Shown: one piece after another, positions 23,775 to 37,767 of the stretch
How the letters are laid out: each line of letters starts with the position of its first letter
Numbering within the stretch: the first letter of the stretch is position 1
NCBI GenBank assembly: GCA_964019335.1
Contig: OZ025674.1
Span: forward strand, 576,835 to 640,834
DNA length: 64,000 bases
From: Diplonema japonicum
Taxonomy: Eukaryota; Protista; Euglenozoa: Diplonemea
Reading direction: 5' to 3'
Program-made: the position numbers and the translations under genes
The notes under the pieces: generated by a model
The model's input: only the letters and a program-made list of their open reading frames with translations
Database searches by the model: none
What the model was told of the DNA's origin: nothing

Positions 23775-26700
23775 ATGGAGGAGACACGAACACCAGGGGG
23801 GGTTTCAATATCTCCTCTGCATGAAAGGAGCGCGTCTATGATGTCGGGTGTGTCCCCTTCACCGCCCACGTTGGACAGCACCACCATGAGGCTGCCCAGC
23901 GTGACGCCTCCGAAGCCGCCTCCGCCGTACTCCAATTGCCCTGAGGAGTGCGAGGCTATTAACGTTGCGCTCGTGAAACAGCAGTTGGGCACGCATTTTA
24001 AGAAGACAGGTATAGAAGGCATTGCAATGAAATACGAATCGTCAATCACGGAGGCAGCTGCCCTACGCAGACAGGTGCACTCCCTCAAGCTCCAACTTGG
24101 GAAGCCTGACTCTCTCGCTTTTGACCCCCTCCCAATGAACGTGACGGAGAGCCCGATGCAGAGCCCCAAGAGGATGTTCAGAAATGAGGAAGAAGAAGAA
24201 ATGTGGAAAGCAATGAATGTGGATGTACTAACCAAACTCGATGCCATTGACAAGGTCGAGAGAATCAAGCAAGAGTACGAAGACACACAGCGCGAACTGC
24301 GTCAGGAGCTAGTGGTTAAGGAAGAGGTACTGGCCATGCTCACAGAGCAGATGAAGTCAATGATCGACAGAGGACAGTTCCTGAATATACAGAAAGAACT
24401 CGAGGCAACCTTTGAGCAACTGCAGGTATTTCGTCACACAGACAACGATTTAAACAGGTCATGAAACGGGAGAAGGGGCTCATTTCCCGTCAGAGAGACG
24501 AGGCCTGCATGACTCTGCAGACAGTCACCCAAGAGACAGAGTGGAAGACACAAGAGGCTGTTGCTGAAGCTGTTAAGAAAGCACAAGAGCTACATGCAAA
24601 AGAGGTTTTGAGCATGAACGATGCAATGCACCAGGCGAAAGGGGCCGCAATACCGAAGGAGACCCTTGAAGTACTTGAGGAGCAGCTGCGAAGCTCACAG
24701 ATGGCACTCGCAGCGGCACACAAGCAGCTGGATGAAAAAGAGCAGGAGATCGCACGCTCAGCCGAGGTATGAAACACGGAATGCACCATGACACACAAGC
24801 AGGTACAAAAACAGCTTGAGTCAAAGGAGGAAGTGGTGCGTGAGCTGGCTGATTCTCTGCAGGTACGTAGAAATGTACTATGAGATTACTTTTATCACAG
24901 GCCCAGGCGCTGGCGCACAAGCAAACCTTAACGGAAGCCCAGGAGCGTGAGACAAAGATAGAGTCACTCACAACGCACCGACAGAAGAGTTTAGAAGTAG
25001 TCACAACACTCCAGAAAAAGCTGGAAGAACGTGAAGCTAAAGCCTTGCGCATGGCAGGGCTGCTCGAAGAGAAGGAACACGAAACCCAAGCACTGCAGGT
25101 ATTGCTGTAGCTTTTTCTCAAGCCTAATACAGAACCAGTTGGCGGGCTTTACAGACCACCTAAGGAGCCACCTTTTGCAGAAGGATGAACAAATGAAGAG
25201 GGCTGAACAGGATCACACGAACGAGCTAAAGATGACACACCTGAAACATACTGAGTTAGAGACACGGGCTTCAGTGCTGCAGACGTTGTTGGACCAAAAG
25301 TCCGAAGCGGCAAGAATGGGTGTTGCAATAAAAGAGGAGGAGCTGGTGGCTCAGGGAGCAACGGTGGACGAGCTTCGTGAACAAAACCAGCTGCTCAGCA
25401 GCGAGATTGCGAACGTGCGGCACACAATGGAGGAGTCATTCAAGGTGAGCGCGGACATTGTTGACCGGCAGCTGCGCACGTTGCAGGCAGATTGCGAGTC
25501 TCTGCAGCGCATGAATGCGAAGCTGGAGGACCAGCTCAACGAGAGAAACGATCTTGTTACAGAACAGCAGGAGAATATCGCTTCCCTGCAAGCCAGACTG
25601 TTGCAAGCGGAAGTTTCATTACAATTGTCCGAGTCACTAACAAATAAGAATGCAGTGCTTGAGGTCAGGGTGCAAGAGCTGGAGAGTAGATTGGGGGATA
25701 AGGAACGTCAATGCATGGAGTCGGAGGAGTCACTGCGCGAGATGAAAAGCAAAGGCACTGAAGTGATTCTGAACCTAACTTCGCAGCTAGATGACGCAGA
25801 GCAGAAGAACAGAGAGCAGACGATTCATGAGTCAAGAGAGCAGGAGACCATTCAGAGTTTGCGTGAACATCTCAGCTACGCGGAGAGCGAAATAGCTAGA
25901 CTGACTCAAGAAGCGGCAACAAGCAAGCAGCAAGATGAGAGGTCAATTAAACTCAATGAAGAACTTGAAAGCAGCAAGGAGTCATTCAACTGGCTGTCAA
26001 AGAAGGTGGAAGAGGTTAGTGCGCAGCTCACAGAGAGAGACACAACAATCAGTTCGTTCAAAGCAGCTTGTGAGGAGAAGGACGAGACAATTAGGCAGCT
26101 GCGAGCTTTGCTGCAGAAGTCCAGCGACGCGCTTGATCTGCTGCAGGTATGAGTCGGCTTGCTAAACGCATATTCCTTGCACAGAACAGCGCACAAGCTT
26201 CCGGCAATGAGTACAGCGAGAAGCTGGTCGAACTGACAGAAGATATGCAGGCATTGCAGCAAACCACGAACATCAAGGACAGCGAGCTGGAGGCTCTGAA
26301 CGCCCAGATCACTGCGTTAAGCAACAGCTTGGACAATGCCCTAGGGCAAAATGAACAAGTTAATGCTAAGGTATGCCGGATATCTTTGAGAAAGCCAATT
26401 TCAGATATTACTCTTGGAACAAGAACTACAGCAGAAGAAATCGGTGCTTCTTGTAACGGAAGCCGAGAAAACGAAGCTAGCTCGCTTCCTGGAGGATAGC
26501 CACAGGGATCTCAGCGAAAAGTCAGCCAACCGTGAAGCACACCACAAGAATGAAGTACAGTCTTACAAGGAAACACTCATCCAGCTGGAAGCACACAAGA
26601 CAAAGCTTGAACGAGACGTCGTTCTTTACGATGAACGAGTGCACATGTTGGAGGAGTCGGCGCTCGTAACGAAGCAGCTGCACATCATACAGCAAGAAGA

Positions 26701-28925
26701 CCTGGTGTCACGTTTAATGCTGCAGGAAGAAGCTCTTGTGTTTGAGTGCATCAGACTTACAGCTGTGGCTCAGACAGCAGCACTGAGGGAAAAAAGCCTT
26801 GTGGCCGCCATCCGCGAGAAGGAACGAGTGGAGAGCGAGCTCCGTGCACTTGACGAGCAGTCACGCGTTGAATTAGTTGGTCAGGCAAAAAAGAAAGAAG
26901 AAGAGCTTGGAGCTGTTGCTTCCCAGATGCGTGGCAGGGTGAGCTCTTTAGAAGAGGTTAATGCAAAGTTGCAGCAAGGGCTATGCGAAAGCAAGTCTAG
27001 AGAAGCACAGCTCAAGCAGAAGACAGAAGGACTTGAACAAGAGCTATCCAATAGCAAGAAGGAAACACACGAAGCAACACTGAAATTGGAAGAGGCAAGG
27101 CGATCACACGCGGCGCAAATTCAGGAGATGGAAATCGAACAAGCAGCGCGCGACTCAGCTATTAAGAGGCTCCAGGGTGTGAAAACAGAGCTCCAGGCCG
27201 CGGCAGGGGGGAAAGAGAAGTTGCTTTACGAGCTCAGTAACCGAATGGATGAAAAGTCTGCTGATGTGCACAGCCTTCACGTAGCACTTGAGGAGAGCGT
27301 GCAACAAGTGAATATCCTGCGAGAACAACTAAACGCACGCGACAGCGAGTATCTCGCGCAGTCCCAAGCGTTGATGATTGCCAAAAAAGAGGCAGCAGGA
27401 CAACAAGTCGGTGCGAAACAAGCAGCTGATATTAATGCGGCGAAGATCGAAGCACTTAGAAAGGAAATGGCGGAATGTGCTCATCGTCTCTCAGAAAAGA
27501 ACGAAGAAGTGTTGGTGCTGTCGGCACAGGTAGTGAGACTCGAGGAGGAGGTGGTCTCGGCAAAGAGCTTGCTGTCTGCGGAGAAGGGAGAGTCGAATGT
27601 CAAGTCATTGTCGTTGCAAGGCAAGGAAACAGAAAGCAAGCGTTTGACAATGCAACTGGAGTCTCTCAGGAATGCCCTTGCAGAGAACGATAAGAGATTA
27701 ATCGAGAAGACAGCAGAAGTATGTTTTCCCAGTATTACACCATTCATACAGCTTGAGCACCAGAGATTGGACAAGGAAGAGGCACTCAGTAAACACGCAG
27801 CTGCTCTGGCTGATGCGCAGTCTGCTGGATTAGAGAAAACACAACAGAACTGTGAGCTTGCTGCGCAGTTGGAGATATACAAGCGTGCTGCGAGGCAGGC
27901 AGGTGAAGCGGGCCAGGCCGCGCAAATGAAGTTGGAAGAAAGCTGCAAAGCGAACGAATCGATGCTGCAGAGGGCTGAGAGGAGAATAGAGCTCTTACAG
28001 GTGTGATCAGCAACATGTTAGCACCCCCAACAGGAACAACTGACTGCTTCGGGTACACGCGAGAGGGAGCTGCATGTATCTTCAGAGGCGGAGACGCAGA
28101 AAATTAAGACGGAGTATGAGAGCACAGTTTCGATTTTAAAGTGCGACCTCACTGCTAAGGAGGCTGCGCTGAGGAACCTGCAGCAGCAGCTTGACGGGAG
28201 TAATGTATGCTGATTCCAGAAACAACAACATTTCACAGAAGAACACCGTCAGCAACGAGTACGCTATCCAAGCGGAGAAAGCACTCACCGCGCTCACAGA
28301 GGAGGTACAGCGGCTGCGTTCGGAGGCCATGAACAAGGACGAGACACTCCGCCGTCACGGTTCAGTAGCCGACATGCACACTACCGAGGTTGTGCAGCTC
28401 CGAACTGCTTTAAGCGATGAGGTTGCGAGGGTGACACGATTGAATCAAGAAGTGCTTTCCTTACACAAACATCTGGGGGAGACACAGACAGGGTCCAAAC
28501 TAACAGAACTGAAGCGTATTTCTGATGAACTTGCAAAGAGATACAAAGAGATTGAGGCAATGTTCTGTACACCCTTCATCACGCCCAATGCCGACGGCTG
28601 GGATGGTAACGTGGCTGCCGCCTTCATCAGGACGGTGAAGCAGTGGTGCATCGACTACTGCGAGGTGATGGACGGGAGGGATGTGCCACATGTGAACGTT
28701 TCCCCCGCCAGAATATCCCCTCCAAGGTCCAAGGGCCTTCTCGCCACTGTCGCAGCGCAGCCGTTAATCATGCCGAAGGCACCGTCTCAGGAGGCAGTGC
28801 CTGCCCTCTCATCACGAAGCGTCAATGCAACTAAAAGCACAACCGCCATGAAGAAGGTGAAGCCGGCATCGAAGGCAGGCGCTAAGCCAGCGCCAAAAAA
28901 AACAACCAGGCCCTTCATGAGGTAG
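23775..28925 (+). CDS. Large multi-exon coiled-coil (cytoskeletal-type) protein
   Basis: Consecutive E/K/Q/L-rich ORFs each ending at a GT(AT) donor with a nearby AG acceptor; exact exon set not fully resolved. Confidence 0.65.
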
Positions 28926-29045
28926 CCTTAGAGTTGATAGACATTCGCATTTAGATTTGTTACCGTGTAATAGATAATTCTCTTTTGATTGTTGTCCCGG
29001 ACTACCACTTAAGGCATTTACTTTTCCACTACATGGCACACAGGT

Positions 29046-31406
29046 ATGCATGGAGGCGTTGACACTGCAAGTACCTTGGCAGAGCTATGCGACAAGAAGT
29101 TCTTAATAGCTGAGGCAGCTGCCCAAGAGCATGCTGCAGCGGCTGCATACAAAGATGTTGTGAACACCATCCTGTGGGAAAGAGTTGAAGCAGAGCTGAG
29201 GAAATATTTGTCGACGATAAAAGAGCTGAAAGAGGAACGGTCCCTGTTAGCAAAGGAAGTGAGAGAGCATAGGAGGCTGCGGCCATTGGAAGTGGCAGCG
29301 AAGAGCAAGGTGCTGCAAAGCAGTGTCAATCTGCAAACCACTGCAAGCTGCCTTGTGGGCGAAGAGTGGGAGGAGCTGCAATGGGCAGAAAAAATAGGGG
29401 CCATTCTTGTTACTGAGAAGTATTTGGTGCTCAAGAGTGATTGTGAAAAAGTAGAGTTGGACAAACGGGGGTGCGAACACGAAGCCTCGGCACTGAAGGC
29501 GGAACTACACACTGTGCGGCAGATCGCAGAAGCAAGGCTGAAGCAGCTTACAGCGGAGAAGGAGCGCTTCGAGGAGTTGCGTGAGGCACATGCAAGGCTG
29601 GAACAGCTGAAACAACGGCAGGAAGTCCATATTGACACACCCACGTGCCCAGGAGCACCTGCACCCCTCCCCCCCTCTCCGCATCTCAGGGTTAGTGGTG
29701 CTTACTTTGGTTTAAGCACACTGTGCGCGGCTGCCACAGAAGACGATGGCGACGCTTGTAAGTCGCCTGCCAAGGTGAGCATCAAGCAGATGTCAGGTGC
29801 GTTAACCGAGCAACAGAAGAATATAACGGATCAAATCAGTGCCGAGAGAGATGCCTTGCGGCAGCAGAAAGAAGATTTGGACACCCAATTAAACGATTTG
29901 CATACCCTCGCAGGCGGTGAGCGCGATGAGAAAATAGAAAAGCTGGTTACTAGCCTCCAGCGGATGAGGGAGCAGTTAGAGCACGCGACGCAAGAAAGGG
30001 ATCAGAAGCAGGTATGTCGCACTCTATTCGCACTTCACGCAGGCAACGGTAGAAGGCATTAAACAAAAGGCAGAAGAGTTCTACACCATATTGAAGAACA
30101 AGAAGGTCGCACTTAAGCAGCGCATCACTGAGCTTGAAGAACAAAAGCGAGTGCTCGAGGCTTCATGCAGCAGTGAACGGGAGATCCGAGAGGGGATGGA
30201 GAACGAGCTAGAGGTATAGTGCATTCATGCCCAACCACCGTCGCAGCTTCTACGAACGCAAGTGCAGAACAATGCAACACAAGATGAAATGGCCACACTC
30301 ATAGAAGAAGAAGAGCATATGCGCATGCATGTTGTGTCTGAGGTATTGCACTTAAAACACTTTAAACACACTCACTTTTGTACCAGGCTTTCGATGACAA
30401 AATCATTGTGACAACTCCACCACCGCCCGAACCTGAACCTGAACCTGAACCAGAGCCCGAACCCGTAAAGCAAGCAGAAGAAGAACCTGCTGAGGCAGTA
30501 ACTTCACCCAGCACTGAAAAGGAAGTATACACAGTGAATGAAGAAGACTGGGAGCCAGGTTCTCCGTCGATAAATGAAGTGGAAGAAGACGAGCCACGAG
30601 AGGCTGTGATCTCGCTGCGTTACCATTTAAATGACACAGGCGTGGACTTCTCTACCATCATAAAGATCATGGACAACAGAAGTATCGCGGACATACTGAC
30701 AGTAGCAACTGAAAAGATCTATAACAAGATGGGGGTCGAGCTCGATCCTAAGACGCTGGCACTCCACGTGACGGAGGCAGATGAAAAGGCCATGCTTGAG
30801 TGGTTGGACCCGAATGATATGCCCTTCTTATTTGGTGAACCTAGCATCATTAGCAACTTGTTCTCGCCACGAGGCAGCAAGCGGGAAGAGAATAAACGAG
30901 CCAAGGGAATGCCCGAGGAGTTTGTGTATAGCAACCGCCAGTTGCGTTCCCTTGCTTTTGTGCACAATGGCTACACAAGCCTCAAAGCAGAGGAAGACTC
31001 GGAGATGCGAATGTGGTTTACTGTTTCAACTGCATTTTCGCCCTTAGTTCAAGTAGGCGGCTCCCCAGCATCCCTCCGAGGACTTCTGGCCGCGAAGAAG
31101 ATGGGAAAGATCATGAAAGAGTCCAGGAGAGAGCATGGCGATCTGCCTGTGAGTCCCGTAGGAAGAGAAGCAGGGGCGAAGGCAAAGAGGGGTGCAAAGC
31201 TTGTCAATGAAGGACCGTCGCCAAGAGGAAGAAAAGGTAACCGTCCCTTGTCGCCTGGTTTTGCACCGATCACGAAGAAGCGCCATGGTTCGCAGAATCT
31301 GTCGTCCCCTATGATGCGCGCATCACCTAGGAATTCGTTCAATGGTAGCTTCGGCACCGGCATGGCGTACCCCCACAACCGACGGGGGAGTAAGGACTAT
31401 GCATAG
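29046..31406 (+). CDS. Multi-exon coiled-coil protein with PE repeat and SP/R-rich tail
   Basis: ORFs 29046 and 30378 linked by short exons and GTAT..AG mini-introns around 30011, 30213 and 30342. Confidence 0.55.
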
Positions 31407-31471
31407 CTATAGACCCTGTAGTACTGTATTTCTGAATAACTCTGTGATACTCACTTAGCACAACCAGCGAC

Positions 31472-33972
31472 ATGGGTATACTACACACAAAAGATGAAGG
31501 AAGCCGTGTAATTGTCTCCGAGTCATGGGGCCAGATAAAGGAGCAGGTATGCTACCAGGCACGTAAGAATGTACCTCAGGATCGGGTAGGCGACCTATGC
31601 AGCATGTTCTATGCAGAACTGCTTGCGAAAGATGAAGCCATTCGACATATCTTCGCGCACTGCTCTAAGGCATCGAAAGAGAAAATGTTGCTGACTGTCA
31701 TAAATTGGATTATCGACCCCCTGCTAATGGCTTCGAGCGACAACGTGCTGCACCAGAGTGCTGTCCACCATGCCCACTTGGGTGTTGAGGGTCATCATGT
31801 GAATATGTTTTGCGACACTCTCGTAATATGTGTGCTGAGATTGCTAGGGAAGGATGATAAGGTAGGACACGCATGGCATAAAGCTCTGAAGGTTCTAAGC
31901 TCATCTTTCAATGAGACATGTGAGGCATGTGGCGATGCTCTGAAGCAGTGCAAAGATGCTTCCCTTTCTGAAACAGGGAAGAAAGCAAAGTCTATTAAAG
32001 CACTACGATCACACCTATCGCTGCACCAAAGCCCTTTCTCCGGATACCTCCTAATGTCGCAGTACTCATGTGTGAAGTGGGACCCACCGCAGGTTGAAGC
32101 AGACCACAGTCTTGACTGCTTTAGGAAACGCTTCATCGCAGTGCATGCACAGTACGTTTACTATTATCGGAGCAAAGACGACGACAAGCCCATTGGTCTG
32201 ATTGACCTTGCAGCTTGTCAGCTCGTTGACACTGAGCCCAACTGCCGAATATTGCCAAGCCCCGCGAGGTTTTCGTTCGCTCTGCGAACCCAGGCCCATG
32301 AGTACCCTTATTACTTTATCGCCGATGGCGACAACACAAAAGAAGCGTGGTTCAGCAAGGTATCAGAATTAACAATGTCTTACAACCTTTTGCAGCTGCG
32401 CCAGGCATGCAACAGGTTCTCATTAATCCGATCCGATGTGCATTGCGGGAACAGGGTGAAGGTTTGGGTGAAGCAGCGCGGCTCATTTGAGGTATGCATT
32501 GCACGGACTGTGACGCACCACTCCTCAGAGCGGTACATGCAGATGGGTGGGGCAGCTCATCAAGGAAGACAGGTCGGGTCAGGTCACACACCATAGGGTA
32601 TGTACATTTTAATTCAGTCAACATGCGTACAGGACGGGTTGTGGGTCGGGATCGAACTGCTGGCGCCCTATGGTGACAACGACGGTGCTGTCGACAACTA
32701 CAGGTACTTCAGGTGTCCCCCGAAGCACGGGGTAGTGGTGCCTGCCAACGAGGTAGTCACGGTCGGCAATCTTGAGATCCAAGTGGAAGGTGAAAACCTC
32801 GCTTCAAGCTCGTATCGTCCATCGGACTTTGATTTCTTACATGTGCTGGGGAAAGGCAGCTTCGGGAGAGTTTGCAAGGTATGTCCGCGAAGTGCAACAT
32901 ATGACCTGACCAGGTGCGCGAACGTTCGATGGGCAACATCTACGCTTGCAAAGTGCTGCAGAAGGCCGCATTGATTAAAGAGAGCCACATCAAGAACGTT
33001 ACACGGGAAAAGTCAATCCTCCTAAACATCCGACATCCATACATCGTGAAACTGCACGCAGCTTTCCAGACTCACGGGCGGTTGATCCTGCTGTTCGACT
33101 TCTTGTCTGGAGGCGAGCTATTTTTCCACATGACGCTCAACCCCAAAGGATGCTTTTCGGAATCCCGTTCACAGTTCTACATTGCAGAGGTGGCACTGGC
33201 CATACATCACTTGCATTCACACAACATTCTCCATAGAGATCTTAAAGCAGAGAACCTTGTCCTCGATCACCAGGGGCACGTAGTCCTTACTGACTTTGGT
33301 TTTGCTAAAACAATAGAGCCTAACGTGGCAAATACAACAAAGTGCGGCACGCTGCCGTACATGGCACCGGAGATGCTGAAGCAAGGCCCCGGCGGGTATT
33401 CGTATGAAGTTGACTGGTGGGCACTTGGTGTGCTTTTGTTTCTCATGCTCACAGGGTGCTATCCTTTCTGGAGTAAGGTGCCTGAAGAGACAGTGAAGCA
33501 GATTTTGACACGAGATGCGTCTGAACATTTCTCCAGCACAGGCAAGCAGCTGACGCTGGAAACGTTGGGTGTTGTATGTGGGCTGTTGGAGAGAAACCCG
33601 GGCAAGAGGCTTACAGCCAACGGCTTTTTCAACTCTTCATGGTTCAGGGAGTTTGATTGGGTAGCGTGCCGCAACAGAAGGCTGAGCCCACCTTTTGTCC
33701 CCGACTCCTCTGGGAGGAACACCAAATACTTCGACCCGACAGATACACATGCCATGAACCAGGACCTTGCATCAAAGGTCCTGCCAAACAAATGGCACGG
33801 CGAAGAGGCGTTGGCCTCCTTCTACGACGTGCATAAGGATTACAAGGAAAATAGAGAAGAGCAAGCAATCAACGAGAGGGATGAGGACGAGCTGTTCCTT
33901 GCAGAGCTCAACAGCTGGGGAACTAAAACGACAGCTGATGAGAAGTACGAGAGATACATACTTGATACGTAG
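31472..33972 (+). CDS. Globin + PH + CAP-Gly + AGC-family (Akt/SGK/RSK-like) Ser/Thr kinase, ~785 aa, 5 exons
   Basis: Introns 32360-32395, 32492-32528, 32598-32632 and 32879-32913 give a 2358-nt continuous frame. Globin: SW..FYAELL..IRHIF..HHAHLGV..AW. PH: KRFIAV..YYY..PIGLIDL..FAL..YFIAD..EAW. CAP-Gly: GLWVGIEL..GDNDG..RYFRC. Kinase: GKGSFG, ACK, HRDLKAEN, DFG, CGTLPYMAPE, PPFVP..YFD. Confidence 0.85.
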
Positions 33973-34751
33973 ATACATACATGGGTGATTTATTCGCTTT
34001 ATTACTACCGGCTTTACCATTTGTTGATGCTTTTATATTTTACTTTTAATATTTTCAAGGGGACTCTTTTATTATCCCAGAATCAGCACCGACATTGCCA
34101 ACCAATGACCCTTTACTGCCTCTGTAGTGTCTGTGTCTTTTCTCTTGTACATTTATTCACCCCGTTTTTAACTTTCTAATCCCACTGAGTTGGTCTTTTC
34201 AAAACCGCCTGTTATCCTGCTGAGTATGGTCGGAGCTAGAGGCGAAACAAGTACGAAACTGGCACTCTGCCCGAGCCTTCTTTCTTGAGTTTTTTCAGTA
34301 TTCCCGCTTCGAAGGGTATTTCACTGTTAAAGGTGTCGAATGCAAGTAGTTGCTGGAAGATGGGGACCACGCCCATCCTGAGCGAAGAAATTGCAAAAAA
34401 GAGTCGAGGCTGCTTGTTCGGCTTTAACACCAGCAAATCACCGAAGCTCTTTTGTTATTGCATAGGGCGTATCTGTACTTTAATCTCAAATGAAGCAAAA
34501 CGAAATGTTTTTTTGCTTTTTGCTTTTATTTGCTTTTTAGTTATCACTTTGCTTTTGCTTGGTTTTGTTTTCTTTTTACTGTTTCCTTCATGAAGCAGGT
34601 TGCCTGGTCCCTACCCTGCCTCACGATGCGACGGTCCTGTTACGTTATGTATTTTACCGCTCTTGCTAGCCATCTGCCCTCTTACGAGCCCTCCGGTGCA
34701 TTCTATTCATTTACGGGCTTTCTTACTACGTGCAACGTTGTAGCAGGAGAA

Positions 34752-35750
34752 ATGGAGAACACCGCGCGCATGGAGACCCCTGTCAGACACAATGCAGGGT
34801 TGCGAAGTTTGCTGGCAATCAGCGATGATTATCCAGGTACTGTTTAGTTTTTGCTTCTACTGTGCCACAGCACTGAACGAGCTTGCCCGCACACTTCCTC
34901 CCATACCCTTTAAAGGGATCTCACTCCTCATGAAACTGAAGCAGAAAGGTATGTCCAAGTTGTCATTAATCACAACAGGGCAACGGGGGCTGGAGATCCT
35001 AAATGTCAGCACGTACCCTGGTTTGGATGTAGTGTTTCAATTGCTGGAAAGCAAGGAATCGAAAAAAGAGCAGGAGTTAGCGGGGCTTGTGGCACTGCAA
35101 GAGGTGTCTGGGTTCATCCCCGCAAACCCTCTTGACGTGAGGCCGCTGACGATTGGGAAAAAGTATGTGTTCACTTCACTAACATCAACGACAGGTTGCC
35201 AACACCACCAGTGCGGCCGACATCTAGGGGAGGGTCTCTCAGGAGGGCTGCCAACAATAGTCGTGAACTGCCACCCATAACACGCCCCAGAAGGGGGTCG
35301 GAGCTGTATTCACCTCTTGACCTTTTAGCGAGCAAGAGGCGGCATATTAACATCAATACACCTAACGGTAGGAAGCAGTTTGCCAACAGCCTCCGAAAGC
35401 ACACACCAAACACAATGACATTTGACAGCGACCCTGAAATATCCCTTGTTCAGACACTCGCACAGCCAGCAGCACCATTGCTGCCTCAGGTACCGCAATA
35501 CAATTCAACGGGCAGGAAGACAGTCCTACAAACAATCTCTGTGAAGGAGAGCACACTGCGTAATGAGCTGCAGACCATTCTTATCAGAAAGTCTGAACGA
35601 CAAAGAGAGCGCAAACAACGACACGTGCAGAAGAAAACCATGAAAACACTCCACCTTCCATCGCTGTCGCACAAGGAGGGACACGAAGATGGTAGAGGGA
35701 AGCTTCTGCATGACATTTGCAATAGATACAAGGCCAGAATAACTGCCTGA
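34752..35750 (+). CDS. Hypothetical protein (multi-exon)
   Basis: Short GT..AG introns near 34837, 34949 and 35163 link ORF fragments; no family recognised. Confidence 0.45.
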
Positions 35751-35805
35751 AAAGGAGCCTTCGCTTATTTCAACATACTCATCATTATCTCCTATTTCAG
35801 GACCT

Positions 35806-37674
35806 ATGGAGCGGAGAATATCCCCAAAGAGACACATAGGGAGGGTCCCGCTGGAGCCGCTGTCGCCTTATGAGCATCTAAGCAGGGAAGGCTGGAGGGA
35901 GAGGGATATGGACAGGGACGCCAGGGAAAAAGACGAAGATGCCACCTACGTATTCATGCACGGTAAGGGGAACAAGGAGACCGTTCGGCAGTACGACGCT
36001 AAGCGGGGAGTCATGAGAACAAATTCGTTTACACCACCAAGAGACAGAGGCGCCAGGGATAGGGATGAGGGGTACACCCGCTACAGAGACCGTGAAAGCC
36101 GACACCACACACCGCAAAAAGACTACAATCACTACGACGAGTTTAAGTACGAAGATGCATGGCATGGTGATGCTAGTGGTCACTCATGGGACCACAGACC
36201 GTACGATGATGATAAGCGGTACCATGGCGGGGATACAAGGGACTACTCATATGATAGGAGGAGGTCACGAAGCAGAAGCAGAAGCAGAAGCAGAAGTAGG
36301 AGTGGGAGCAGGGGCAGGGACAGGGACAGGGACAGATACGACATCCATGGGTTCGACGACAAGGAGGTCATGGCAAATGAACTCAAAATGTATAAGCACA
36401 AGGACGCTGTTGCGACCTCTCGCATTATCGACCTGCAGCGGAAGCTTGATGCAAAGGTATTGCGTACTCTAAGGAATATAAACCACAGTCGGCTGCGCTG
36501 GAGAGGGCGGAAGAAGAACTGAGAAGGCGTCCTAGAAGCAACGTACCACATACGTCACAGAGCTCTTCATTCACACGCCCACCCAGCCCGCAACGCGGCA
36601 GGTCGAAAACGGTGCCGAAACACTTATTTGTAAAGGCGCCCAAACAGCATCTTGCCGAAGGTGTCTTCACACTGCGACACGGCGAGCTCCTCAACAACTG
36701 GCCGGTATGTTAGGTCATCAATTCCGAACAATGCACTTTCACTGCCTCAGGTGTGGGGCTGCGGGAATAAGCGACTGTACTCGGGATCTAAGGAGTACTG
36801 GCTGGTAACCGACGATGCGACAGATATGCCGAAGAGTAGGGGATACGTGCAGTCGAGCAAGCCACATTGTGGTTTGATGCCTGACAAGACGACCGAATGG
36901 AAGGTGTTCGAAGAGACAGGTTGGGAGGTGGACAGAACCATCATGGTTTCTGTCACAGATGTCAGTTCACGACACCCGGAGAGCGGCAAGTTGACCAAAA
37001 TGCAGCATCCTGCACCACACGACTCGCGGATAAGGAGCAGTAGTACTGGTAGAAAAGACTTTTCCCAAGCAAAAGCACAGCTACTAAGAGGTGTTGTTCT
37101 GCGTAAGGTATGGGTTTTGTCTTCGTCACCGTTTTGGTCACAGTTTTCGGCGAAAAGCGACGCCAGCGAACATTTTTTCAGCCTTGTAGAATCACATGGA
37201 GCGTACTTCTTGTCGTACCATGACTGCCGACAGGTATTGCTGCATACACCAAGATACATATCAACAGACCAACGGTGGCTATGACAAGAGAGTACCACTA
37301 CCAGATGTCGTTTCCCTCTCTTTGGGTCCTTTTGAGTCCAGGAACTTCATCAAAGGCCCAACTGAGGTATGTATTTTTTGTTTAATAATAAATTACAGAC
37401 ATCTGACCCTGGCCTGTGCGTGACAGTTGCACTGGAGCAAGGACAGTTGGACCTTGAAGCTTTGAACCAGCAGTCACTAGTCAGCTTTGTTCTGGCAATC
37501 TCTGTCATGTGCGAGCATAATATTCGCGCTTCGGGAAAAGCGCCGCTCACGTCGGTTGAAAACATCACCGCTTCTCAGAAGGCAGTGCGTGAGCTGTGGG
37601 CACAGCAGATTGCCCACCCTGCACCCCAGCCTAGCGGCACATGGAAGACGCAGCCGAATGGCGTACACGGGTAA
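35806..37674 (+). CDS. Hypothetical multi-exon protein with an RS/RD dipeptide region
   Basis: RSRSRS..RDRD tract at 36260-36335; downstream exons linked by GTAT..AG mini-introns. Confidence 0.55.
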
Positions 37675-37767
37675 TTAGACTAGACTCCTAGATGTATTTA
37701 TTGTTAATGTTAAGTGCAGTACACTCTGCATGCTTTGCGTTGAAACACGCCACAGGCCCATCAGCAT

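Noticed and set aside
34290-34345. IPASKGISLL resembling IPFKGISLL at ~34905
   Set aside because: Short match in T-rich intergenic DNA; probably chance
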